From Bdellovibrio sp. (GTDB lineage Bacteria > Bdellovibrionota > Bdellovibrionia > Bdellovibrionales > Bdellovibrionaceae), in assembly GCA_036676395.1 (NCBI GenBank), contig JAKFCY010000002.1, positions 1,920,001 through 1,984,000 of the forward strand: 64,000 bases of DNA, written 5' to 3'. Numbering within the stretch: position 1 is the stretch's first letter; each line of letters begins with the position of its first letter. This document shows, piece after piece, positions 1-10,239 of the stretch. The notes under the pieces are model-generated. The model did no database searches. It saw only the letters and a program-made list of their open reading frames with translations, and had not been told where the DNA came from. Both the position numbers and the translations under genes were made by a program.

Positions 1-346
1 TCATGGCACGGTCATTTTCACTGCCTACGAATGCCGGTGGGCCTTCACGACCACGAAAAACCTGGATCATCCAGAAGTTTTTAATTTGATCAGCACCCCG
101 CCCGAAAAATGATTGATAGAAAGCTTCCTTAACTTCGCCTTCAGCTTGATCACGTGGTTCTACACTAACTTTATCACCGACTTGACGAATTTTTTTGTAA
201 TAGATCAGCTTTAATTCTGAAGCAGAAATTGTCATTATATTACTTTTTTGACTAACAACAACGACAACATCGGGTTCGGCTTGGGCATAGCTGACTACAA
301 ACTTAAGAATAATCCAAACGAAAATAATTTTCTTAAACAGATTCAT
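1..346 (-). CDS. Periplasmic binding-protein-like secreted protein ('phosphate ABC substrate-binding' type), runs off the left edge
   Basis: Not in the ORF track. Manual translation from ATG at 346 (TAATG overlap with the upstream stop) gives MNLFKKIIFVWIILKFVVSYAQAEPDVVVVVSQKSNIMTISASELKLIYYKK...FWMIQVFRGREGPP. It has a signal peptide and a VVVV...IS..EL..IY pattern. Confidence 0.65.
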   Translation of the reverse strand, partial: MNLFKKIIFVWIILKFVVSYAQAEPDVVVVVSQKSNIMTISASELKLIYYKKIRQVGDKVSVEPRDQAEGEVKEAFYQSFFGRGADQIKNFWMIQVFRGREGPPAFVGSENDRAM

Positions 347-1506
347 TAAAACACCGCCGTCAAGCCTGCACCTAAGGCCCACTCGGGTTCTGTCGGTGCT
401 GTCGCAAATGGAGTTGTTCCCTTTTGTACATGAGACCGTTTCAATTCTATCTTGAACTTTGTATGATCATTAAGAGTGTGCGTTGAACCCAATGTTTGAA
501 TATCATAGCGGCTTGAATGAGACTTCGTCTGATATTTTGAAAAAGTGTAAAACGGAGTTAGTTTTTCAAATTTTTGGCCGACAGTAATGTAATAGGCTTC
601 GCTGGGGTCGGCTTGAATTCCTAAAGTGTTGTCCCAATCAAAACGCGTACGTGCATATTCAGACATCAATAAATATTTTGCAGAGTTTAATTCTAATCCC
701 GCCGAATATAATTCGTAGTCGCCATACAATGCCAGTTGCCCGGTCTGCACGCCAGTTAGTGGAATTGGCAAACCTGGCAGAAAAACTGTACCACTACTTG
801 CGGTGATCATTAGATCAATATTGGATTGTAATGCCGAATACGCCAATCTGAAAGTTAAGAGCTCATCACGATAAATCAAATTAGCACCGCGCAAACGAGA
901 CAGCCCACCGCTAAGTTCAATATTTGAAATTCCCAGAGTATTTGCTTGGCTTTCTCTATTAAGTGCGGCATTTCCACCGTAAATTTCTAATATGATTTCA
1001 CGTAAAGAATCTGTTGCACGATAAAGAGAAGATTCAATCAGCACGCCAGTGAAGTTACGAAATGGCTCAGCACCATAGACAGCTACTGGTGGAACAAGCC
1101 ACGGATAAGTGTATCCAACATCTAAGCGATCCGAAACCATCCATATTGGATACTTTTGTTTTCCTAAAAAAATATTTGTTTTATCTGTTAGGCTATAACC
1201 TAACAGCATCCAATCAAAAGTCGCTTCAAAGTTATCTGTGCCTTTTCCTAAAACTTGCGAAACAAATCGCATATCTGGAGCTAGTTGAACGTTCGCTTGC
1301 AAACCCACCGTCGAAAATCGGGTAAAGTTAGTTTCTTGATCCAATTGTAATAAATTATGATCAGAAAAATCTTGTAGCGCTATCAGGTTTACGAATCCAC
1401 GCCACTTGATCTCTGTAGGCAGTGGAATGGGCAATACAGCTTCTTGGGCAAAAACTGAGTGCGAAAAAATTAGCAAGAATTTAACAATGACAACGAATTT
1501 AAACAT
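346..1506 (-). CDS. Outer-membrane beta-barrel/porin-like protein
   Basis: Signal peptide, alternating amphipathic strands and a C-terminal Phe (GLTAVF). Translationally coupled to the PBP-like gene. Confidence 0.7.
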   Translation of the reverse strand: MFKFVVIVKFLLIFSHSVFAQEAVLPIPLPTEIKWRGFVNLIALQDFSDHNLLQLDQETNFTRFSTVGLQANVQLAPDMRFVSQVLGKGTDNFEATFDWMLLGYSLTDKTNIFLGKQKYPIWMVSDRLDVGYTYPWLVPPVAVYGAEPFRNFTGVLIESSLYRATDSLREIILEIYGGNAALNRESQANTLGISNIELSGGLSRLRGANLIYRDELLTFRLAYSALQSNIDLMITASSGTVFLPGLPIPLTGVQTGQLALYGDYELYSAGLELNSAKYLLMSEYARTRFDWDNTLGIQADPSEAYYITVGQKFEKLTPFYTFSKYQTKSHSSRYDIQTLGSTHTLNDHTKFKIELKRSHVQKGTTPFATAPTEPEWALGAGLTAVF

Positions 1507-1616
1507 GTTTGGCTTGTTTCCTATAGTCTTATAACTAAGTTATATGTGACTAAAGCACTGTACAATTATCCGATGCAGATAACTCAGCTCGTCGTCTACT
1601 TTTGAGGCGTTTTTTT

Positions 1617-1644
1617 TAATACTTTGCATACTTTTTGCCGATAA
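1617..1644 (+). promoter_or_regulatory. Putative sigma28 (FliA) promoter of the hybrid kinase
   Basis: TAAT-N16-GCCGATAA, with a perfect sigma28 -10 box at 1637-1644, 6 nt before ATG 1651. Confidence 0.5.
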
Positions 1645-1650
1645 GATGAC

Positions 1651-3927
1651 ATGAAATCTTTAAAGCAAGCCATCTTACAGAACTTTTTGACTGTCGTTGG
1701 CCTAACCATGTGTTTAACAATCACCTGGTCAGTGTATAACACCTGGGTTGCAGCCATTGATTCTGGTAAAACTACGGTCAAAGATTATGCTTCGCTATTG
1801 GATGGCTTGTTACAAGAACAAAGTTCAGCTCTTCGCTACAAAGCGGTTTCTGCTTTTGTCACAGCGGGAGCAAATCTTGAAGACAACGAAGCCGTTATAT
1901 TTTTTCCGGTTGATCCTAGTAAAATAGCCTCTACGAAAATAACCATTACAGAAAAAATTCAGCAAAATAGTAAATCGATCAGTAACAACGGCTTCTGCAT
2001 TGTCGATGGCCAGCTTTTTTTCACCTATAAGGGTTTTTGGTTTGATAATAACCAAAATGAACAAGAGGCCGTATTTGCCAAAGCCATCAACACGCAGTTT
2101 TTATTAGAACTGCAAAAACGGGCTGGATTAGAATTATTTATTTCCATTGGCAATCAAGTTACGGCCAGTACGTTTTTAGATTTCAATAACATTCCGGTTA
2201 ACCCCATCATGAAAGAGTCATTTCTTAATTCTTTACAGTCTGAAGTGGTTTACGAGGAGACAATTCAGGTTCCTTCATACCGGGGATTTAAAAAAAATGG
2301 TCATGAGTTTAATGCCAAAGAAAAAGAAATTAAGTCATTTATTACTTCTGTTTCATTTCTTGATGAACAGCGTAAAACCATTGCCCATTTAGGCATGGTC
2401 ATTCCAACTGACGTTTTGTTATACGGACCCAAAAAAAGTCTTGCCGGCTTTTTAGTTCTGAGTCTTTTGGTTTTATTTCTTTCTGGGTTGGTCGCAATAC
2501 GTCTGTCAAACAAGCTATCGCGGCCAATTACCGAATTTTCTAAAGAAGCCCGCGCCCTTTCAAGCTCAATTGTCATTGATAGCTCAGAACATACCCTTAC
2601 CGCAGATACAAATAATTTAATGCCCGAAGAAGACACCTCTGAATTAGACACCTTACGCCGTTCACTAAATGTACTTCGTCAAGAGATCGAACGCAGCGAA
2701 GGCTACAAACATGATTTAAAAACGACAAAACAAAGTCTTAAAGAGAACGAACAACATCTTATTGCCGCTAAAGAATCGGCCTTGGCAGCTGCTCGCGGTA
2801 AAGCTGATTTTTTAGCAAACATGAGTCATGAAATCCGAACGCCAATGAATGGCATTATTGGATTATCCACTATACTTTTAGACACTGAACTGCAAGATGA
2901 GCAACGCGGCTACACCAAAGACATTCTTAAATCCGCACAAAATTTACTAACGATTCTAAATGACATTTTAGATTTTTCTAAAATTGAAGCCGGTAAATTA
3001 GAAATTGAAACTATTGATTTCAAAATCTCTGAATTACTTGAAGACATTAATCGCGTGTTTGGAGTTACGGCTAAGAACGCCGATTTAAAATTAAATTTTC
3101 ATGTTCCGAATATGACTAATAAATTATGTGGTGACCCTACCCGGATTCGCCAAATTCTTTTTAATTTGGTTTCAAATGCTATTAAATTTACGCGCGAAGG
3201 TGAAATAATAGTGAGTGCGGTAGTTACCAATATCGATCATGACAAAGTATCAGTTCGTTTTGAAGTGAAAGATACAGGTATCGGTATTCCAGATTCAGAA
3301 AAAAATCGCCTTTTTAGTGCTTTTGAACAAGTTGATAGCTCAACCACCAGAAAATACGGCGGTACCGGCTTAGGGCTTTCAATCTCAAAACGTCTGGTGA
3401 GTTTGATGCACGGAAAAATAGATTTTACCAGTACTCAGGGAAAAGGTTCGACTTTTTGGTTTGAAATTCCACTCAAAATTGGCGAAGCGATTACACAACA
3501 TTCAAGTAGCCAACCGGCACAAGATGCAAATACCTTTACGCCTTTAAAGGCTCATATTTTAGTTGCTGAAGACAACAATATTAATCAAATCGTCATCAAA
3601 AAAATGCTTTCAAAAATTGGCTGTAGCCATGTTGTCGTCGCTAACGGCGTTGGAGCCATTCACGCTTTGCAGAAAGAAGCTTTCGACCTTATTCTGATGG
3701 ACTGCCAAATGCCGGAACTTGATGGCTTTGAAGCTACCCGACGTATTCGCCAAATGTCTGAACCATTTAGAAATTTACCAATTATTGCCCTTACCGCAGG
3801 AGCCCTTCAAGAAGACCGTGACCGCAGTATAGCTGCTGGCATGAATGATCACTTATCAAAACCTTTAGACGTTGAAACTTTATATAAGACCCTCAGACGT
3901 CATTTTAAAAAAAATCTACGGACCTAG
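1651..3927 (+). CDS. Membrane hybrid sensor histidine kinase/response regulator
   Basis: Two TM segments around a periplasmic domain, H-box [14 protein letters not shown]-boxes DTGIGI/GGTGLGL and a C-terminal REC domain (ILMDCQMP). Confidence 0.95.
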   Translation: MKSLKQAILQNFLTVVGLTMCLTITWSVYNTWVAAIDSGKTTVKDYASLLDGLLQEQSSALRYKAVSAFVTAGANLEDNEAVIFFPVDPSKIASTKITITEKIQQNSKSISNNGFCIVDGQLFFTYKGFWFDNNQNEQEAVFAKAINTQFLLELQKRAGLELFISIGNQVTASTFLDFNNIPVNPIMKESFLNSLQSEVVYEETIQVPSYRGFKKNGHEFNAKEKEIKSFITSVSFLDEQRKTIAHLGMVIPTDVLLYGPKKSLAGFLVLSLLVLFLSGLVAIRLSNKLSRPITEFSKEARALSSSIVIDSSEHTLTADTNNLMPEEDTSELDTLRRSLNVLRQEIERSEGYKHDLKTTKQSLKENEQHLIAAKESALAAARGKADFLANMSHEIRTPMNGIIGLSTILLDTELQDEQRGYTKDILKSAQNLLTILNDILDFSKIEAGKLEIETIDFKISELLEDINRVFGVTAKNADLKLNFHVPNMTNKLCGDPTRIRQILFNLVSNAIKFTREGEIIVSAVVTNIDHDKVSVRFEVKDTGIGIPDSEKNRLFSAFEQVDSSTTRKYGGTGLGLSISKRLVSLMHGKIDFTSTQGKGSTFWFEIPLKIGEAITQHSSSQPAQDANTFTPLKAHILVAEDNNINQIVIKKMLSKIGCSHVVVANGVGAIHALQKEAFDLILMDCQMPELDGFEATRRIRQMSEPFRNLPIIALTAGALQEDRDRSIAAGMNDHLSKPLDVETLYKTLRRHFKKNLRT

Positions 3928-4638
3928 TAGACTCTGAGGATTAAATCCAAGGCGTAATAAATTACGCCATTCATCTCTTAAAATTCCACGCACATGACTT
4001 AGGTTAGCTCCATTTCCACTACCACCTACGCAAGTTGCCAATGGAGAATAATTTCTAACATCGCAATACTTTGCCCGAATTGTTTGTGGTGTTGGTGAAA
4101 TTAGACGAAACCATTCTTCTTGGGTAATGGGTGTTGCACTCATTCCGGGATCTACAACTAAAACTTGGCCGTTAAAGATATAGGCTGCCGCCATGTGGTA
4201 GCGCCAATAGACACGCCGACCATTTTTAGCATAAGGAGAATCGAATTCTAGATTTCCGTAAGCATAGATTTTTCCGGGCTGGGGTAATCTTTTTTGCTTG
4301 GCCAGATAAGAAACGTGGGCGGCTTTGGCGTAGCACCCGTTGGCTGGATATAACCATGGACCACGGCGCAAAAAATTTCCTGGGTTTGGGTTATCGTGCA
4401 TTCGAATCTGCGCGGCCTCTGTCGCAAATGCGGTAAGTTGTTCTATCGGCAGCGGCCATGTCGGCATCACATTTGGCGAAGTCGCGCTGATTTGCACAAT
4501 GCCGTCATTGGCTAAGGATTGCTGCCAATGCTGATGTGGCAGACGTTCTTGCGAAAGCCCTAGCTCCGAACTTAATGCAACAATAGGAAAGAACAGTGAT
4601 AATAAAAGCGATGCAAAATACCCCACAACAGCCTCCAC
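3916..4638 (-). CDS. Secreted protein-glutamine glutaminase family protein
   Basis: Signal peptide and Cys-His-Asp motifs GCYAKAAH / WRYHMA / VVDP. Exact start uncertain. Confidence 0.75.
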   Translation of the reverse strand: MEAVVGYFASLLLSLFFPIVALSSELGLSQERLPHQHWQQSLANDGIVQISATSPNVMPTWPLPIEQLTAFATEAAQIRMHDNPNPGNFLRRGPWLYPANGCYAKAAHVSYLAKQKRLPQPGKIYAYGNLEFDSPYAKNGRRVYWRYHMAAAYIFNGQVLVVDPGMSATPITQEEWFRLISPTPQTIRAKYCDVRNYSPLATCVGGSGNGANLSHVRGILRDEWRNLLRLGFNPQSLLGP

Positions 4639-4668
4639 TGTTAAAGAACAGCAAAGGCTATACCGTGG

Positions 4669-5490
4669 TTATGTTTCTAGATCGAAGCTTCCGGTTTTGC
4701 GCAATTGGCCCACGACCTGGTCGACTTCTAATTCTTTTTCGAACTCCACCACAAGTGAGCCATCGATCAAAATCTTAGGATTAATCGCTAATTTTAGAAC
4801 TTCACGATAAACTTTTTTCGCCGTTGGATTTTTGCGGGCATTTTTTAAATAAGTAATTACATTTGATAAAACGATAAACGGGTAAAAAATCAAAAACCAG
4901 CAAAACGCACTGAATTTAAATTCTGAGAAGTGAATGTTTTTTATTCTAAAACCAGTCAGTTTTCCCATAAGGCGTAACTTTTGAATGCCGATTAAAAACA
5001 CGTGCCCTAAATAGATTTCGTTATCTTTTACGTTTTGATTTAACCAGATAGAATCAACTTCATTCGGCGCCATGTAACGATTAAATCTTTCAGACTCAGT
5101 TAACAAATAACTTAGTTTAGCTACGATATTTGAATAATTCGGAGTCGTTACGATTAAAGTTCCACCCATTTTCAAAATGTGTGAAAAGTTTTTTAAACTT
5201 TTTAACTGATCTGAAAAGTGTTCAATACCCTCTTGACATAAAATCATATCAACTGAGTTCTTTTCTAATGGAAGACCCGTCATAGCATCGGCTTTAACAC
5301 ATCGTAAGGCCGGGTATTTAAAAAATTCAGGAAACAAATCAAAAGGCAAAACTTTGATGTTCCAGCCTTTTTCATTTAAGAATTGAGAGATCACACCTGA
5401 ACCGGCAGGAAAATCCACAACGGTTTTACCCTTGAACAGGGTCTCATTTGAATTCACATAAGCTTTAAAAATTTCTTTAAAATCTCTCAT
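4669..5490 (-). CDS. Class I SAM-dependent methyltransferase
   Basis: Motif I VVDFPAGSG, plus CQEGIEH and LKMGGTLIVTTPN. Confidence 0.85.
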   Translation of the reverse strand: MRDFKEIFKAYVNSNETLFKGKTVVDFPAGSGVISQFLNEKGWNIKVLPFDLFPEFFKYPALRCVKADAMTGLPLEKNSVDMILCQEGIEHFSDQLKSLKNFSHILKMGGTLIVTTPNYSNIVAKLSYLLTESERFNRYMAPNEVDSIWLNQNVKDNEIYLGHVFLIGIQKLRLMGKLTGFRIKNIHFSEFKFSAFCWFLIFYPFIVLSNVITYLKNARKNPTAKKVYREVLKLAINPKILIDGSLVVEFEKELEVDQVVGQLRKTGSFDLET

Positions 5491-5505
5491 ATTTTTAACT
5501 TCAAT

Positions 5506-6588
5506 CTACGGCGATATAAAATCGCAATATTTTTTGCTTTGGTCTTTAAACTTTTGTTTAAACATAACCAGCATTTTTTGCGTTAGGTTTTTAATTTCAG
5601 TTTTATCTTTAGCCCACTGGTTTAACTTTTGAACTAAATTGCTTTCATCATAAAACAATGACCAGTCGTTAAATTCAGATTCATCTGAATAAACTTTATC
5701 AAGCAACAAAGGCTTTTCGATCATAATTGATAAAGAATAGGTGCCTGAAATTTTATATTTCTTATATAGATCGAAATACTGATTTTTTGGTCCGATCAAA
5801 GTCATTAGCAAATCTGCTGAATCAATTTGGCTATAGACTTCATTTTGCGGAACAAAGTGATCATAAAAAGAAAAGTTTTTTTCTAGCCCAGCAGCCTTAA
5901 CTTTTTCGATAAGGTCTTTGCCATCTTTTTTACCGGCATTGCCTAAAATCACAAATTTTATGTTACTCGCTAATTTTTCTGACCCGCTTGTTAACGTTTG
6001 GATTAAGTCTAAATAATCACGACGGTGAAATTCGACAAAACCCGGAATTGCAATCTTTAATTCTTCTGGGTTTTCGTTTTTCTTTAGTTTGTAATCAGTC
6101 ATGTTAATGTAAAACGAAGAAAATTTAAATTTATCCGAAACTTTGCCGGTTAGGTTTTTAATAACGTAATCGGCTAAGACAAAGTATTTTTTAATTTTCA
6201 GATTAATTAATGATTGAGTCAGGCTTCCGAAAATAAATTTATCCGCATTGTGATGAACTCCGATAAACTCGGTTCTTAAAAATAAACCTAACAGCGAAAG
6301 CCACTTAACCGACTGCCCTTGCCCGTCGTTCATCACGGCGTAGTCAGCGTCGATCGCTCTAATTTTTTTGAACGCGGTCCAGATGGCTTTAAATTTTGAA
6401 TCTTTTGGTAAAACTGTCGCAGACTTGATTAAATCAGACTCGGTAAGATCTTTGGGTAAACCACGGACGACTTCTTCGGTTGAAATGACATGCATTTCAA
6501 AACGATCTTTGGCTAAATACAACTGCGCGATCATCACATCAATTTGCAGAGGAGAAAAATCTATCCAAACCGTTTTTTTTGCACTCAT
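5506..6588 (-). CDS. Putative GT-B glycosyltransferase
   Basis: IAIPGFVEFHRRDY and SADLL...KISG...IEKPLL resemble a GT-B C-terminal domain. Co-oriented with the methyltransferase. Confidence 0.6.
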   Translation of the reverse strand: MSAKKTVWIDFSPLQIDVMIAQLYLAKDRFEMHVISTEEVVRGLPKDLTESDLIKSATVLPKDSKFKAIWTAFKKIRAIDADYAVMNDGQGQSVKWLSLLGLFLRTEFIGVHHNADKFIFGSLTQSLINLKIKKYFVLADYVIKNLTGKVSDKFKFSSFYINMTDYKLKKNENPEELKIAIPGFVEFHRRDYLDLIQTLTSGSEKLASNIKFVILGNAGKKDGKDLIEKVKAAGLEKNFSFYDHFVPQNEVYSQIDSADLLMTLIGPKNQYFDLYKKYKISGTYSLSIMIEKPLLLDKVYSDESEFNDWSLFYDESNLVQKLNQWAKDKTEIKNLTQKMLVMFKQKFKDQSKKYCDFISP

Positions 6589-6646
6589 TCAGCTCATAAG
6601 TTCACTTAAAACCCACACCCTGTCAACGGGCTGAATTTAGCTTACT

Positions 6647-7600
6647 TTAGCGGCAAGTTCCCGTCTTAGGATCGGCTTCGATTTGCATGAACCATTTTTC
6701 TGACATCTGCGGGCAAAGCCTACTATAGAAACTGATCCCAAAATGCACTGATGGATTTTTTCGATCTGGAGATTTATTGTTCGGGTACATACTTACAAAC
6801 GTTGTTTTATTCGCATGCTCTAAGACTACATTTGTTGTGTTACCGATTTTCTTTTGTGGAAAATTAGCTAAGTCGATCACACAGCGTTTATTGCCTTCGG
6901 TGGCCACATATTTAAATGCAACTACTTTATTATTCACGATCTTAGCTTCAAGCGTAGCTGCAAATGTTAAGCGAATGCCACTGATGATATCGCCAAAATA
7001 ACTACATTTAATATCTGCGTTTAAATCTTCTTTCATCTGGCCAGTGGCACTTGTTTTAATATTGCCTTTACCACTGATCGGGCCTGCTGTTAAAGTCGGT
7101 AACGGATCAGTAATACAATCCAAACACTCTGTCGGTTTTGGATTTTTAATAGCTTTTAATTTATCGGTTGCGGCATTCATGGTATCTAACGCAGAACGCG
7201 CCGGTGGTGTGTACTCTTCTGGATCTGGCGAACGATAGGCTGTAATTGGCGCGCGAGCTTCCATTCTTTCGGCGCGATCAGGAAATTTCGTCATCGTACC
7301 CATCGCAGTGAAAAAATTAAATAATGGATTTTGCGCGCTTTGCGAAGCCCACATCGTTTGCCCCATGTGCGGACCCGATTGTGGCACAAACTGCATCGCA
7401 TATTGGTTATTACCCATGTTCACCGTTTGCAATAAACGTAGACGGTCTTGCGGGCTAATCGTGGCCATTTGCAATTGCTGTTGTGGTGTTAAGTTTTGCG
7501 GGTACATTTGCCGCATGTAGATATCAAGTTGTGACGGCTGTGCTGGCACCTGCGCATTCGCATACGTTAATAAAAGTAAGAATCCTAGAATAATTTTCAC
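6647..7600 (-). CDS. Secreted hypothetical protein (Gln/Met-rich N-terminus, Cys-containing C-terminal domain)
   Basis: Start re-assigned to GTG 7600 (GAAGG upstream), which gives the signal peptide MKIILGFLLLLTYANA. Confidence 0.65.
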   Translation of the reverse strand: MKIILGFLLLLTYANAQVPAQPSQLDIYMRQMYPQNLTPQQQLQMATISPQDRLRLLQTVNMGNNQYAMQFVPQSGPHMGQTMWASQSAQNPLFNFFTAMGTMTKFPDRAERMEARAPITAYRSPDPEEYTPPARSALDTMNAATDKLKAIKNPKPTECLDCITDPLPTLTAGPISGKGNIKTSATGQMKEDLNADIKCSYFGDIISGIRLTFAATLEAKIVNNKVVAFKYVATEGNKRCVIDLANFPQKKIGNTTNVVLEHANKTTFVSMYPNNKSPDRKNPSVHFGISFYSRLCPQMSEKWFMQIEADPKTGTCR

Positions 7601-7678
7601 ACCTTCTGTATCGACAAAAAGTGGCACCAGATTAATGCGACTTGAGTCTAGGTGTACAACCATGATAGGACTAGCGCC

Positions 7679-8680
7679 ATGAACATCGCCATAAAGCTAT
7701 TAATGACGTTTTTACCAATTATAACAGCATCACTTTCAGGCTTTGCTTATAATGTTAATCCAGACAAAATTTCAATGTCCGGCATTTCAGCCGGAGCTTT
7801 TTTCGCGCATCAAATGCATGTGACTTATTCGCAAACTCTTACCGGCGGCATTGCGATGATTGCCGGTGGCGTTTACAATTGCTCACGCGGAAGTGCAATA
7901 ACAGCACAAAACAGCTGCATGAAAATTTCTGGTTCTCAAACTTCTATAGACCAAACAATTGTCGACATTACGAATTTAGGCAAAAATAAAAAAATCGATT
8001 CTCTTGAGCATATCGCAAAAGCAAAAGTATTTTTAATGTCTGGCAAATTCGACGATGTCGTTTTACCTCCAGTAGTTGATAAAGTCGAAGAGCTTTACCT
8101 CAAGCTTAATGTACCGGCGCAAAATATTGTGTACAATAAAACGATTGCCATGGGGCACGCTTTTCCAACAGTTGATTACGGCAATCCTTGTTCATCGCCG
8201 AGATCTTCGCCCTTCATCAGCAACTGCAATTATGATGGAGCATTTGAAATTTTAAATTTCTTTCATGGTCCACTAGAAAATAAAATTGCGGCCGTAGAAA
8301 AAAACTTAATCCAAATCTCACAAGCTAAATTTTTTCAAAAAATTACGGCCTTTAAAACATCAATGGCAGAATTTGCTGCAGTCTACGTACCGACACGATG
8401 CCAGCAAGGTTATGAATGTGCTTTGCATATTTCTTTTCATGGCTGTCTGCAGTCACATCAAGATATAGGTGATGCTTACACACATAAGTTAGGCTTTAAC
8501 GAATGGGCTGAGGCCAATAACATTATTATTTTCTACCCACAAATCACGAAAAACTTTTTCTTAGGCAACCCGAATGCCTGCTGGGATTGGTGGGGTTACA
8601 CCGGATCAGATTTTAACACCAAAAACTCGGTTCAGATGAGTGTTATTTACAAGATGATCCAGGATTTAATTAAAAAATAA
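7679..8680 (+). CDS. phaZ: Extracellular poly(3-hydroxybutyrate) depolymerase-like esterase (catalytic domain only)
   Basis: Lipase box GISAG near the N-terminus, plus D..V.P, GHAFPT, FHGC.Q and NP.ACWDWWGY motifs. Signal peptide from ATG 7679. Confidence 0.85.
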   Translation: MNIAIKLLMTFLPIITASLSGFAYNVNPDKISMSGISAGAFFAHQMHVTYSQTLTGGIAMIAGGVYNCSRGSAITAQNSCMKISGSQTSIDQTIVDITNLGKNKKIDSLEHIAKAKVFLMSGKFDDVVLPPVVDKVEELYLKLNVPAQNIVYNKTIAMGHAFPTVDYGNPCSSPRSSPFISNCNYDGAFEILNFFHGPLENKIAAVEKNLIQISQAKFFQKITAFKTSMAEFAAVYVPTRCQQGYECALHISFHGCLQSHQDIGDAYTHKLGFNEWAEANNIIIFYPQITKNFFLGNPNACWDWWGYTGSDFNTKNSVQMSVIYKMIQDLIKK

Positions 8681-8687
8681 TTATTTT

Positions 8688-9299
8688 TTAAAGTGATTCG
8701 TGAACAAAAGTTAGATTTTTATCATCCAAAAGACCTACTGGCGTGATGATTGGCTCTTCAAGATCAAGCTCTTTACCGATGGCAGTTAGGCGATCTTCGA
8801 TAAGTTTAGAAACATAAGGGCCATCAAGTTTTAATTCTTTCATTTTTTGCAATCGTCCGACCGGAGTTCCTGTGACATCGCGAAATACTTTGTAAACCAA
8901 TTCACTGCAATAAATTCGGTCGTCAGAAAATTCGAAGAAAATATCATAAGGTTGGTTATACTTATACAAAGCTACATAAAGTCTTGGTAACATTTTTTGC
9001 GAAAACTTTTGATTGCGCATCACTTTATAAGACTTACTTTTACTGCGACCGATAAAAGACTTTAATGAATTAACCTGTAACGGGCCAACAGATTCAGCCA
9101 CGTGCCAATCGCCAGATTTTTTGATGATGATGCCCACGTGAGTCCAGATAGACTGAGTGCCTTCAGCAATTGCAGGTGCTTGCTCAGACTGGCTTTGAAT
9201 TAAGATAATGTCACCTTCAGCGATAACTTTTTCTAAAGGGATTATGGCCGCAAATGCAAAGTTTGAAATAAAGAAAATAGACAAAACTAATGTTTTCAT
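8688..9299 (-). CDS. YiiX/YebB-like permuted papain-like (NlpC/P60) amidase
   Basis: EGDII...WTHVGI (His) precedes IYCSELV (Cys). Signal peptide present. Confidence 0.85.
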   Translation of the reverse strand: MKTLVLSIFFISNFAFAAIIPLEKVIAEGDIILIQSQSEQAPAIAEGTQSIWTHVGIIIKKSGDWHVAESVGPLQVNSLKSFIGRSKSKSYKVMRNQKFSQKMLPRLYVALYKYNQPYDIFFEFSDDRIYCSELVYKVFRDVTGTPVGRLQKMKELKLDGPYVSKLIEDRLTAIGKELDLEEPIITPVGLLDDKNLTFVHESL

Positions 9300-9351
9300 A
9301 CGCGAACAGTATAGGCGTCATTTTTTGAACGAGGCAAACATTTAAGTCGCT

Positions 9352-10239
9352 CTACTGCGTCGTTCTTTGATAGAAAAACCACGCCACTGCTGCAAAAATC
9401 GACGTGTTGGTATCACTTTTGTATAACGGTGAAGCTGTATTTTCAGATTCGCCAAAATAACTATGACTAGCCCCGAAAATAAAATTAAAACGATTGTACT
9501 CATACAAGAAGCTCTGCCCGATCGACATTGAAGCTAATCCCGCTTCGGCGTTGTAAGCGGCCCTGTCCGCGGTGGCGTAGACATTTTCCACCTGATAGTA
9601 GTAATTTGCCACACGTTCGCTGAAAAACTCCACAGCTAAAGATGTCGAAGCCGTTAAATTTGGCACTAAGAAATTTAATTTTTGAAATCTTAATTCGGGC
9701 TCAAAAACAAAACCCAAAAAATCAGTTCTTCGAAAATCGGTCTCAAAAGTTAAGCGCACGGGAATCTGTAACGTAAGGGATGCGACTTTAGGAAGCCTCC
9801 ATAACTTATAATTCAGGCTCGGACCGGTCTCTAGAATGTAATTTAAATTGGGCATTCCTAAGCGAGCTTTATTGTTTTCACTATCGCTGTTGAATCTGGC
9901 GCCAAAGCTTAAATTAATTTCGACTTCTTGCGACTTAAACAATTCGGCGCGCGTACCCTCTTCTTGATCTGATTTTAGAATATCACCACGATAAATTATT
10001 AAAGGAAGCAGCACGGTTTTTCGCGAATATTCATCAGCGGCTGGATAATCAGCAACTGAGCCAAACCCATAACCAACCCCAATTTCTAATTCAGAAATTG
10101 TCGGCTTTTTTTCTTTTTGTAATTGGATATTTTTTTCGATCTCGATGATGTTAATAAGGTTTTGATCAATGCGTTGAGCCCGCAATAGCGGGCTCAAAAA
10201 GATAATACAGATTAAAGGAATTAAATAACGACTATTCAT
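9352..10239 (-). CDS. MipA/OmpV family outer-membrane protein
   Basis: GVGYG...DYPAAD...LP.IIYRG N-terminal pattern and R.GMP.L motif. Likely start is ATG 10239, overlapping the pilR stop. Confidence 0.7.
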   Translation of the reverse strand: MNSRYLIPLICIIFLSPLLRAQRIDQNLINIIEIEKNIQLQKEKKPTISELEIGVGYGFGSVADYPAADEYSRKTVLLPLIIYRGDILKSDQEEGTRAELFKSQEVEINLSFGARFNSDSENNKARLGMPNLNYILETGPSLNYKLWRLPKVASLTLQIPVRLTFETDFRRTDFLGFVFEPELRFQKLNFLVPNLTASTSLAVEFFSERVANYYYQVENVYATADRAAYNAEAGLASMSIGQSFLYEYNRFNFIFGASHSYFGESENTASPLYKSDTNTSIFAAVAWFFYQRTTQ

